Shown here piece after piece: positions 36,796-45,001 of a DNA stretch of 64,000 nt. The translations under genes and the position numbers were made by a program. The stretch's first letter is position 1. Each line of letters begins with the position of its first letter. Source of the DNA: an uncultured Bacteroidaceae bacterium (GTDB lineage Bacteria; Bacteroidota; Bacteroidia; Bacteroidales; SM23-62); assembly GCA_964406005.1 (NCBI GenBank), contig CAYOPZ010000005.1, positions 5,370-69,369 of the forward strand, read 5' to 3'. Below the pieces are notes generated by a model, which saw nothing but the letters and a program-made list of their open reading frames with translations, made no database searches and was not told the DNA's origin.

Positions 36796-37831
36796 TGTCA
36801 AACGTTTCTTTTTTGTCAATAAAAATAAGGTCGGCCTGGCTTTTCCTAACGCCAATGGTTGCTCCCATGATCCGGTAGCCGACAGGATCACCGGAAGCGC
36901 TTCGCATTTCAGCGGTTACAACGCTTCCGGGTACGACGCCAAGATCCATCAGCCGCCTCCGCTGCTGCCCCATGCAATTGGGAGAGATTCCCGCAATCTC
37001 GGCTTTTTCTCCAATTCGAAGCGAGGAAAGCAATTCGTATTTCGGAGCCGGCCCGGCCTCCCCGGGCAGCGTATCCACGGTGATACTGTTGGCAAACAGC
37101 GGGGTCAGCACGCATTCATCTCCATCGGCGGCAAAAGTGATCTTCCCTTTGTCCGTATCCATGACATATACCTGCATCCCCGGAAAAAGCCCCAGTGCGA
37201 TAAGTTGTTCGAAGATGCTTGCAGGCTCGTCCTCAATGTGCACGATCCGGGCAATGTCGCCTTCTTTCAGATGGCTGAGAGGCAGGCCGCTGTGTTCGGG
37301 AAGCTCGCCCCCCGGGGAAGGAATCGGATCGCCGTGCGGGTCATATACCGGGTTGCCCATACGTGCGGCCAGCCTGTCCGCATCCTCCTGCGAGGTACGG
37401 TGTTCCCGGTAATCCGCTTCACCGTGCCATTCCAACTTGGACATCCCGGTCTCATCGGCCAGGTACCTCTCCCAGATCCGGTGTACCCTGATGATCCTTA
37501 AGGAATACGACCTGCCTGTGTCGGTCAGGCGGATGGCCTGCTCCTTCATTTCAGTCAGGCCCATGGAATGCAGGCGGTCCAGCAGCTTTGCCGCCTTATC
37601 TGTGGAAACGGACAGGTTCCCGGCAACGCTGTTGAGGTCGCAGGGAATATTCCTGTATTCGCAGTCATAGATGAACTTGAGCGCGTCTTCCAGCAGCACC
37701 CGCCGGCTGATCATGCGGGCCCTGGTCAGAAGGGAAAGCAGGCCCTTTCCGGGCCAGAAGATCCATACCAGCACCACTGCGGAAAGTGTGCCGGCCAGAA
37801 GCATGATACCCGGATGGACGGTTGATAACAT
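36788..37831 (-). CDS. Membrane-anchored DtxR-family HTH protein fused to two FeoA/SH3-like domains
   Basis: 347 aa. An N-terminal hydrophobic helix ([19 protein letters not shown]) is followed by DtxR-like HTH/dimerisation ([26 protein letters not shown]). Two FeoA-like modules follow ([17 protein letters not shown]..., [38 protein letters not shown]). Confidence 0.75.
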   Translation of the reverse strand: MLSTVHPGIMLLAGTLSAVVLVWIFWPGKGLLSLLTRARMISRRVLLEDALKFIYDCEYRNIPCDLNSVAGNLSVSTDKAAKLLDRLHSMGLTEMKEQAIRLTDTGRSYSLRIIRVHRIWERYLADETGMSKLEWHGEADYREHRTSQEDADRLAARMGNPVYDPHGDPIPSPGGELPEHSGLPLSHLKEGDIARIVHIEDEPASIFEQLIALGLFPGMQVYVMDTDKGKITFAADGDECVLTPLFANSITVDTLPGEAGPAPKYELLSSLRIGEKAEIAGISPNCMGQQRRRLMDLGVVPGSVVTAEMRSASGDPVGYRIMGATIGVRKSQADLIFIDKKETFDNE

Positions 37832-37846
37832 AAGTTTCGTATAACT

Positions 37847-38509
37847 TCAGGATTTGCTTTTCACGTAAATGATATTTGAGAATGCCGCGTTTAAGAGCAG
37901 CTTTATATCCCCGACCCTGATCTCGGTCATATTGTTTGCGGTGTATTGTTTCTCGACCCTGATCATCGAACCGACCGTGAGCTGATTGCGGTTGCAGAAT
38001 TCAAAAAATTCCTTATCCGAACTGTACAGCCTCGCTATTTCATATACTTTCCCGGCTTCGGCTGACGATAGAGGGGTTTGCTCTTTATCGAAAGAGGTCT
38101 CTCCATCGGCGCCCGGGATCGGGTCCCCGTGGGGGTCAAACTGCGGATTACCCAGGAATGCGGAAATTTTTTCAGCCAGGAACTCCGATGTCTGATGCTC
38201 CAGCAATTCCGCTTCACGATGGATCTCATGCAGTGACATATCGAACACCTTGTGCAGGAAAGTTTCCCATAACCGGTGTTTCCGGATGATGTTCAATGCG
38301 ACGTTCCTGCCTTCGGGGGTGAGTTTCAATGCCTTGTATTTTTCATAATCCACCAGCTTTTTCCCTGCAAGCTTGCGCGCCATGTCCGTTGCGGCGGCAT
38401 GGGTAATGTGCAAAGCCTTTGCAATAGAGCCGGGGCGGGTATCATGGCCTTTGCCCTGGTCATAATTATAAATTACTTTAATAAAATTTTCAGTGGCTAT
38501 TGAAATCAT
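37847..38509 (-). CDS. DtxR/MntR-family metal-dependent repressor with C-terminal FeoA/SH3-like domain
   Basis: 220 aa ([53 protein letters not shown]). Confidence 0.88.
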   Translation of the reverse strand: MISIATENFIKVIYNYDQGKGHDTRPGSIAKALHITHAAATDMARKLAGKKLVDYEKYKALKLTPEGRNVALNIIRKHRLWETFLHKVFDMSLHEIHREAELLEHQTSEFLAEKISAFLGNPQFDPHGDPIPGADGETSFDKEQTPLSSAEAGKVYEIARLYSSDKEFFEFCNRNQLTVGSMIRVEKQYTANNMTEIRVGDIKLLLNAAFSNIIYVKSKS

Positions 38510-38531
38510 TTCGTATAATTAAAATAATTTG

Positions 38532-38545
38532 TTAAGTATACTTAA
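38532..38545. promoter_or_regulatory. Perfect 14-bp palindrome TTAAGTATACTTAA, candidate DtxR-family operator
   Basis: Read directly from the sequence. It lies 23-36 nt upstream of the dtxR-like ATG (38509) and 10-23 nt downstream of a TATATTTG -7-like box. Confidence 0.45.
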
Positions 38546-38554
38546 ATATCAGTG

Positions 38555-38562
38555 CAAATATA
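38555..38562 (-). promoter_or_regulatory. Bacteroidota-type -7 box TATATTTG (TAnnTTTG) for the dtxR-feo operon
   Basis: Exact match to TAnnTTTG on the - strand, 46 nt upstream of the ATG. Confidence 0.4.
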
Positions 38563-38682
38563 TAAAAAAAATTAAGATCAATGCCATATTCAGCTTTGTT
38601 TTGAAAAGAATGGTTTATTACACCTGTTTCCTGCAGGCTTGTTCAGGAATAAGCTGCCGTAAAAAAGAAAAAGGAATATTCC

Positions 38683-39285
38683 CTACTGGGCGAGTTTTAC
38701 GATCCCGTCCACGGGAAGGCTGCCCGCCATGCCGATTACCTCATCTTCATCGGGAATTCCGGAACAATGGAAGGTCAGGAGCAGGTTGTTGTGCGGTATC
38801 TGGATATCATAGGAGACCATTCCCTGCTCATCGCTGTCTTTCGTCAGCAAACCCCTGTAATTGTCAACTTTTATCCTCTTCTGGTTCTGGTCCGAGCCCA
38901 TAAAGGCAGGCATGGCAAGAAGTGAATTTATACCGGCAAGCAGGGGTGAATCGCTGACGATCTCAACAGAGGCTTCCCTGTTTTCTCCGCTGTATTCGCG
39001 GTTTATGTACAGGCCGGCGAATCCGGCCGTAGAGCCGGTAACATTATCGCCAGTTTCAACGATTGTCATGCCGCCCAATTCGGAAGGAAGCAGGTCGAGG
39101 ATCTCATGTCCGATGACCTGGTTTATTTCGTTCAATGCCTCCTGAAGCGAAAAACGGGCATTTTCAAGGTTCCCGGCCTGGTAGGCCGATTTTGCTTCAT
39201 CCAGCCTGGCCTGGACATCCTGGGCAAGCAGCCCGGTCCCCGGGATGAGGATGATTAAAACAATCCCGAATAATGTCTTTTTCAT
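38683..39285 (-). CDS. Secreted protein of unknown function (paralog A)
   Basis: 200 aa with signal peptide MKKTLFGIVLIILIPGTGLLAQ. Alignable by eye along its length to the upstream neighbour. The start overlaps the upstream stop by 4 nt. Confidence 0.7.
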   Translation of the reverse strand: MKKTLFGIVLIILIPGTGLLAQDVQARLDEAKSAYQAGNLENARFSLQEALNEINQVIGHEILDLLPSELGGMTIVETGDNVTGSTAGFAGLYINREYSGENREASVEIVSDSPLLAGINSLLAMPAFMGSDQNQKRIKVDNYRGLLTKDSDEQGMVSYDIQIPHNNLLLTFHCSGIPDEDEVIGMAGSLPVDGIVKLAQ

Positions 39286-40046
39286 TGTTCTCCCAATGTG
39301 TTTTTGATTTTGTCAATATCGAATTCTTCGGCAGCAGACATGATCTCCCCTTCGCCTGCAAAATTGACACCGTTGACGATGAAGATCGACGACTGGCCAA
39401 ACGGAACACTCAGGGTATAACCGGAATTATCGTCGTATTCGAGGACTCCGGGATGCCCCTTGTAGGTTACCCTTTTCTGGTTTTCCTCGGTGGCATACAT
39501 CCCGCTGCTTAAATACATATTCACACCGGCCAGGATGACTGCGTCATTGCCTATGGTCAGCTTCAATTCCTGGTCTCCGGTACGGTATACGCGTTCAATG
39601 GTGAGTCCCGTAAAACCGATGCCCGAACTCGAAACATTGTCTTCTTCGGGAACCTTCGCAAGCCCTTTCACGGATTCCGGGAGGTCACTGAGTATGCTCT
39701 GGCCGATTTCCATCTCAATGCCCAGAACTGCCTGTCTTACCGAATACCGGGCGTTGCTGTAATTCTTATCTGAAAAAGCCGTTTCAGCGCCGGCAATGTT
39801 TTCCATTACATCGGGCGGTTCGGTGGTCAGCCCTCCTCCGCGTACATTGGTAACGGAAGAGGAAGAGGTGGTTTCTTCAGAAGCCGTTTCTTCCGTGCTT
39901 TTCTCCTCCTCTCCAAGGACTTCATCGAGAATTTCTTCAGTGGCTTTCTCTTTAAGCCTTCTCAGTACTCCCTGGGCATGGGAAAACTGACCCGGAGCAA
40001 ACAGCAGGATCAAAACAACGCTTATGAGAATGCGGGGATTTTTCAT
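39282..40046 (-). CDS. Secreted protein of unknown function (paralog B) with acidic Ser/Thr/Glu-rich linker
   Basis: I prefer the start at MKNPRILISVVLILLFAPGQFSHAQG (40046) over 40115. The C-terminal ~170 aa parallel paralog A (NARYSVRQAVLGIEMEIGQSILSDLPE vs NARFSLQEALNEINQVIGHEILDLLPS). Confidence 0.7.
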   Translation of the reverse strand: MKNPRILISVVLILLFAPGQFSHAQGVLRRLKEKATEEILDEVLGEEEKSTEETASEETTSSSSVTNVRGGGLTTEPPDVMENIAGAETAFSDKNYSNARYSVRQAVLGIEMEIGQSILSDLPESVKGLAKVPEEDNVSSSGIGFTGLTIERVYRTGDQELKLTIGNDAVILAGVNMYLSSGMYATEENQKRVTYKGHPGVLEYDDNSGYTLSVPFGQSSIFIVNGVNFAGEGEIMSAAEEFDIDKIKNTLGEQ

Positions 40047-40398
40047 GGATCTTTCAGATTTTGATTTTAAATTCTGTATAATAACTGTGCATCGAAATCT
40101 ATCGGAGAATGGCATGAAACATAAGCGAAAAGAAAGCGGGAACCTTCAACATCAAATGGAAAATAAATTTAGTAAAAACAACGGTCTTTACTGAAGGGAT
40201 AATCAATTTTTTTGAATTCTTTTTTTATTTAAACCAAATAAATATTATTTTAGCCCCGATTAATCCAGCTACCAGAATGACATACATATCCTGCCTTATC
40301 CGCTCCTGCCCCGAAACCTGTCCCTCTCCGGAAGGGGGACGATCGCTCATAGTAAACCTCAGGGGCGCCGCACATTCCTTCGGGCGGCGGTATCGCAG

Positions 40399-40761
40399 AT
40401 GCGAATGCTGATTTGCAGGCATCCCGTTGGTAGATTTTTTCTGCCTGCCACCCCCGCCAGGAAGGTAGCCATACTCATATGCATGGACGCAAGGCTCGAT
40501 CCGCTCCGGTTTGCCGGATACTCCGAGGATAATGCGCATATCACAAGAAATGCAGGAGGCAGGGCCGGTGACGATGCCATTCGTTCCCTGGTCATCAGCC
40601 ATAAGCTGCCCGGAACGGATCAATGGTTTGTCATCCACCATACGGATTGCGGTATGGAATCTTTTACAAATGAGACGATCAGCGGATTGTTGGCCGAAAG
40701 TCTCGAAACCACGGCCCTTGATGAAAACGGCTGGAAGAAATCAATTAATCATTACTACTGA
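40399..40761 (+). CDS. Beta-class carbonic-anhydrase-like ORF, apparently C-terminally truncated (possible pseudogene)
   Basis: 120 aa. It carries the Zn-site motifs of the Rv1284-type beta-CA family ([42 protein letters not shown]). It stops ~34 aa after HHTDCGM, where remembered homologs continue for ~65-70 aa. Confidence 0.5.
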   Translation: MRMLICRHPVGRFFLPATPARKVAILICMDARLDPLRFAGYSEDNAHITRNAGGRAGDDAIRSLVISHKLPGTDQWFVIHHTDCGMESFTNETISGLLAESLETTALDENGWKKSINHYY

Positions 40762-40789
40762 ATATCATAACTTTAAAATTTTATCAATC

Positions 40790-41425
40790 ATGGCAATAAG
40801 AATCAACGATGTGGCGCCCGATTTCAGGGCAACGACAACACAGGGCGAAATAGAGTTTCATAAGTGGCTCGGTGACAGCTGGGGGGTATTGTTTTCCCAC
40901 CCGGCTGATTTTACACCCGTATGTACGACCGAACTCGGTGAAGTCGCCAAATTGAAGGACGAATTCGACAAACGGAATGTCAAGGTGGTCGGTTTGAGCG
41001 TAGATCCGCTCGATGCGCACAAAGAATGGATCAAGGACATCAATGAAACCCAGCACACCCAGGTCAATTTCCCGATGATCGCCGACGACAAAAGAGAGGT
41101 GGCCGAAAAATATGATATGATCCATCCGAATGAGGACAGCAAGGCAACGGTCAGATCGGTATTTATCATCGGACCCGACAAGAAGGTTAAGCTGATCATT
41201 ACCTACCCGGCGGCCACGGGGAGGAACTTCAGGGAGATACTAAGGGTGATCGATTCGGTTCAGCTTACGGCAAATTACAGCGTGGCAACACCCGTGAACT
41301 GGCAGCACGGAGAAGACTGTATCATCGTGCCATCCGTACCGGATGAGGAAATCCCGGCCAAATTCCCCAAGGGTGCCAGGAAAATAAAACCCTACATGAG
41401 GTACACGCCGCAACCGAATCTGTAA
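40790..41425 (+). CDS. 1-Cys (Prx6-type) peroxiredoxin
   Basis: 212 aa from ATG 40790 (MAIRINDVAPDFRA). The peroxidatic Cys context is FSHPADFTPVCTTELG. The 304-aa ORF in the track is an upstream in-frame extension. Confidence 0.92.
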   Translation: MAIRINDVAPDFRATTTQGEIEFHKWLGDSWGVLFSHPADFTPVCTTELGEVAKLKDEFDKRNVKVVGLSVDPLDAHKEWIKDINETQHTQVNFPMIADDKREVAEKYDMIHPNEDSKATVRSVFIIGPDKKVKLIITYPAATGRNFREILRVIDSVQLTANYSVATPVNWQHGEDCIIVPSVPDEEIPAKFPKGARKIKPYMRYTPQPNL

Positions 41426-41463
41426 AACAAGCGAACATCATCCGGTAAAATGACTGAAACCCG

Positions 41464-41829
41464 ATGGAAAAAATATACAGGGTAAACATCATTTATTCGA
41501 TACTGCTGGTGGCGGTGGGAGTATTCGGATTGTCCGCCAGGTACCTCGATCAGGGGGACTGGCAGTTCACTTCCCTTATTCCGTCTGCATTCGGGGCAAC
41601 CATGCTTGCCATGACAAACGGGATGAAAAATCATAACAGGATCGTATCTCACATTGTTGTCCTGTTGACCCTGATACTGGCTGTCATGGTTACTGTAATG
41701 CTGGTGATAAACCTGAACGCCGGGACCGGAATAAGCCGGAAGATCATTATATTTCTCATCACGCTCGCAGGATCGCTGGTGGCCCTGGGATATTACGTTG
41801 CAAGCTTTGTCCGGGCCAGAAAGAACTGA
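41464..41829 (+). CDS. Small integral membrane protein (about 4 TM), unknown function
   Basis: 121 aa, strongly hydrophobic, followed by a hairpin terminator. Confidence 0.6.
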   Translation: MEKIYRVNIIYSILLVAVGVFGLSARYLDQGDWQFTSLIPSAFGATMLAMTNGMKNHNRIVSHIVVLLTLILAVMVTVMLVINLNAGTGISRKIIIFLITLAGSLVALGYYVASFVRARKN

Positions 41830-41842
41830 CATCCGGCACTGG

Positions 41843-41890
41843 AAAAAAGGCCTTGCGGTCTGCGGATGTGATCGCAGGGCCCTTTTTATT
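41843..41890. terminator. Bidirectional hairpin terminator between convergent genes
   Basis: GGCCTTGCG (41849-41857) pairs with CGCAGGGCC (41873-41881), with one G-U pair. It is flanked by an A-run upstream and CTTTTTATT downstream, so each strand reads a stem followed by a U-run. Confidence 0.6.
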
Positions 41891-41891
41891 A

Positions 41892-44270
41892 TCAATCCGG
41901 CACATTGCCGAATTTCACGCCGAAATATACGGTCCGGGGCGTAACAGGGCCGTAGATATAGGACGGGTCACGGTCGATGCCTGTGTCAAAATCAGACTGG
42001 TAGGCGTTAAATATGTTCTTGATGCCGCCATACCATTGCAGGGTGGTCCCGTTCAGCCTGACATTGTACCTGAGCTTCATGCCCAGGTCGAAAAAATCTT
42101 CCGATACACGCAGTTCCCCGGCATCCGGATCGGTTTCCGGGCCGAAACAGGGAACGAGCATGCTGCCCGTATAATTGCCGGTTGCCGATAGACACAGAGC
42201 CCGGAGAAAATCCCAGTCAAGGGCAAAATATCCGTAACGGTCAGGCGTCCTGAAAAATCGTTTCTCGTTGAATTCCTGCGGGACATCGTATTTTGCGGAT
42301 TGCATCGTAAAACCGGATGTCAGTGTAAAAGCTTTCCGGGGTTTCAGCTTGAATTCCAGATTGATCCCATGCACGGTTGCTCCATCCTCCGCATTTTTCC
42401 TCGTATAGATCACCGTGCCGTTTTCATCCGGGGTCCCGATCTCGTTCACAAACGGGTCTTCAAGGCGGGTACGGAAACCTTCGACCAGGAAGCCGGTGTA
42501 AACGGTACCTGTCAGCCCGTTATAATCCAGTGACACCATGATGCTGCGGCCGGTTTCCTGTCTGAGGCCGGGGTCGTTGACATTGATCACCTGCCTCGAA
42601 CCGGAGGTCTCTATATGCAGGTCCTCATCGAATATCTGCGGAGCTCGGTAGCCCTGTGAATAGCTTAGCCTGGCTTTCAACTGCCCGGTCAGTCCATACA
42701 TCAGGTTGATGCGGGGGCTGAAAACACTGCCCGTTTTGGCTTCCCCGCTTTCTTTCGAATGGTCTTTCACCCTGTAAATGTCATACCTTCCGCCGACCGC
42801 AATCCCGGCCCGTTCCCACCTGAGCTCATACTGTGCAAAAACACCTGCAGATGTCGATGACTGATCGGCCACAACGGTATTCCCGGTATGAGGCACTTCC
42901 ACAATGGTATCATTATCAATAACAGCATTCTCATAATCAGGATATCCCAGCTTTTTATCGATGAGAAATCCCCCGGTATTCTCGATTCCGGCAACCAGTG
43001 ATGAACTCCCGAACATGGCTTTATACTGGGAACCGACATTGTAGGTATGGTCCCGGGAATTTCCGTAATCGCTCAGAGACCGGTTCGCCCCGTAATACGA
43101 GTCGCGGACGAGATACTGCCCGGATGCATAAACCGAAAACAGATCGTAATCCCTGAAATACCTTTCATATGTAGCAGCCGCTGTTTTCAGGTCATGGTCC
43201 ACGGCTTCGGCAACATCCCGCTCATGCCGCGGATAATCCTGCCTGTTCCCGCCGTCGCGCTGTTCCTGTATCGTGAAAAAATCGAGCGACAGTTCGTCCC
43301 TGTAACCGAAGCTGTGCCGGAGCCTTGTCCCCAGGCTGAGGTTGCCCAGGGGAGCCAGCTCTGAAAACCCGTCTCCATTGGCATCGAACATGCCCCGATT
43401 CCTGGAAAAACCATACAAGGCGATACCGGTTTTTTGATCGTCGGATACCAGCGTTGTATTGAAACTGACTGAATGGTCCGGTACGGCACCGTTCGATCCC
43501 CGGATGCCGGCCCCGGTAAGCGCATAACTCGCACCCGCCTGGTAAGTGTTGCGGACAGGGCTTTTCAGGATCAGGTTTATGGTCCCGGCTATGGCATTGC
43601 TTCCGAAAAGGGCGGAGCCTCCCCCGCGCACTATTTCGATCCTGTCGATCATATTTGAAGGAATGAGCTCCAGCCCGTAGACGCCTGCCAGGCCGCTGAA
43701 GATCGGACGGCTGTTGATCAGTATCTGTGAATAGGGCCCTTCCATCCCGTTCATGCGAACCTGCGTAAAACCGCAGTTCTGGCAGTTGTTCTCCAGGCGC
43801 AGCCCCGGTGAGAAATTCAGCCCCTCACCTACGGTCAACGTCTGCGAAGCGCTTAAAAGTTCCGGGGAGATCGTGTTCACGATCACCGGGGCCTCTGTAC
43901 GCTTTTGTTCGCTGCGGTCTGCAGACACGACAACCTCGTCGAGGCTGAGGACATCTTCCTCGAGCTCGAATTTAACTTCAACGGTTTTATTCATCTCGGT
44001 CAGAACGCTTACCTCCTGCGGTTTGTAACCCAGCGATCTGGCGACCAGGGTAATTTCCCCCACAGGTACGTTGATCAGCTGGTAATGCCCCGTTTCACCG
44101 GTTACCGTCCCCATTGTCGTTCCCTTGATCACCACGCTTACAAAGGGCATATGCTGCCCCCCCGATACGACATACCCGACAATATTGGCGTCGGTCTTTG
44201 TTCTTTGGGCATGGCCGGCTTGCGACAGGGCCATTGAAATTACTGTTAAAATAGGATATATCCTGTTCAT
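41892..44270 (-). CDS. TonB-dependent receptor with N-terminal CarboxypepD_reg-like domain
   Basis: 792 aa. Signal peptide, CarboxypepD_reg-like segment (IVGYVVSGGQHMPFVSVVIKGTTMGTVTGETGHYQL), plug (IEIVRGGGSALFGSNAIAGTINL), and a C-terminal beta-barrel ending ...VYFGVKFGNVPD. Confidence 0.9.
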   Translation of the reverse strand: MNRIYPILTVISMALSQAGHAQRTKTDANIVGYVVSGGQHMPFVSVVIKGTTMGTVTGETGHYQLINVPVGEITLVARSLGYKPQEVSVLTEMNKTVEVKFELEEDVLSLDEVVVSADRSEQKRTEAPVIVNTISPELLSASQTLTVGEGLNFSPGLRLENNCQNCGFTQVRMNGMEGPYSQILINSRPIFSGLAGVYGLELIPSNMIDRIEIVRGGGSALFGSNAIAGTINLILKSPVRNTYQAGASYALTGAGIRGSNGAVPDHSVSFNTTLVSDDQKTGIALYGFSRNRGMFDANGDGFSELAPLGNLSLGTRLRHSFGYRDELSLDFFTIQEQRDGGNRQDYPRHERDVAEAVDHDLKTAAATYERYFRDYDLFSVYASGQYLVRDSYYGANRSLSDYGNSRDHTYNVGSQYKAMFGSSSLVAGIENTGGFLIDKKLGYPDYENAVIDNDTIVEVPHTGNTVVADQSSTSAGVFAQYELRWERAGIAVGGRYDIYRVKDHSKESGEAKTGSVFSPRINLMYGLTGQLKARLSYSQGYRAPQIFDEDLHIETSGSRQVINVNDPGLRQETGRSIMVSLDYNGLTGTVYTGFLVEGFRTRLEDPFVNEIGTPDENGTVIYTRKNAEDGATVHGINLEFKLKPRKAFTLTSGFTMQSAKYDVPQEFNEKRFFRTPDRYGYFALDWDFLRALCLSATGNYTGSMLVPCFGPETDPDAGELRVSEDFFDLGMKLRYNVRLNGTTLQWYGGIKNIFNAYQSDFDTGIDRDPSYIYGPVTPRTVYFGVKFGNVPD

Positions 44271-44374
44271 GATATTATTGTAATGTCTTATAATAAATTG
44301 TATAACAAGGAATTACATACAACCGTATACCCGCATTATACATCGGGCCGGCTGTATTTAAAGCGCCTCGCAGC

Positions 44375-44431
44375 AATCTGCGGGGATCCGGATAAAAACG
44401 GAGCTCGACGAAGTCAATGCGCCCGCAGATT
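44375..44431 (-). promoter_or_regulatory. 10-bp perfect inverted repeat (AATCTGCGGG / CCCGCAGATT) in the spacer upstream of the TonB-dependent receptor
   Basis: Arms at 44375-44384 and 44422-44431 with a 37-nt spacer. It sits between the His-rich membrane protein gene and the receptor gene. No U-run follows it on the - strand. Confidence 0.35.
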
Positions 44432-44460
44432 ACAAAATCAGGCCGGGACAGAAGGCGATG

Positions 44461-44829
44461 TTACAAAACAGGTGGAGACCTGCCTTTTTTAAAGCTTATC
44501 CGGGTGGGCTTAAGCAGGATGATATAATAAACGGGAAGATTCTTCCTTGGTAAGACATTAACCGTGGCCAGGGACAGGAAAACGAAAGGGAAAAGGATGC
44601 CCAGGCTTATGAAAAAAAGAATTTCGGATTGTGAATGATGGTGCGATTTGACAGGCCCGGAATCCTTTTCCTTATGAAAGGGATGCGCATGAATCAGGAT
44701 CCTGTTTCCTTCAAGCCTGTGGGTATGGATGAAAGCCGATTGATTGATGATCTGGATGGCAAACAATGCAATCAAAAGGGAAGCTGCAAAAGAAATGATA
44801 CCTTTCCTTGTTATTTGACTTACCCGCAT
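44461..44829 (-). CDS. Small membrane protein with His-rich loop
   Basis: I prefer the start at MRVSQITRKG (44829). Two hydrophobic segments flank HTHRLEGNRILIHAHPFHKEKDSGPVKSHHHSQSE. Located 190 bp upstream of the TonB-dependent receptor on the same strand. Confidence 0.55.
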   Translation of the reverse strand: MRVSQITRKGIISFAASLLIALFAIQIINQSAFIHTHRLEGNRILIHAHPFHKEKDSGPVKSHHHSQSEILFFISLGILFPFVFLSLATVNVLPRKNLPVYYIILLKPTRISFKKGRSPPVL

Positions 44830-45001
44830 CTTTTTAAATGACAATTTTGAATGGTAATTATCGTAAAAATGCACCAATGGCCTGCATCCCGGAGGATAAA
44901 TTTAATAACTTTTTTTCGGTCCCGGTATTTCTCTGGTACAGGGTCTTGACTTTACCCGTTCTCTTATGTAATTTTAGGATGATCCATAAACCCAATTTGA
45001 C

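Noticed and set aside
36169-37501. + strand ORFs (36169..36822, 36972..37412, 37205..37501) across the feo locus
   Set aside because: They are antisense to the FeoB G-domain and DtxR-FeoA genes, which have clear GTPase, HTH and FeoA motifs.
40225-40641. 138-aa - strand ORF overlapping the carbonic-anhydrase-like ORF
   Set aside because: The + strand frame shows the beta-CA Zn-site motifs. The - strand product has no motif and no plausible start context.
40511-40789. N-terminal 93-aa extension of the peroxiredoxin ORF (track start 40511)
   Set aside because: The extension overlaps the CA-like ORF and has no Prx similarity. The canonical Prx N-terminus (MAIRINDVAPDF) starts at 40790 after an AT-rich promoter-like stretch.
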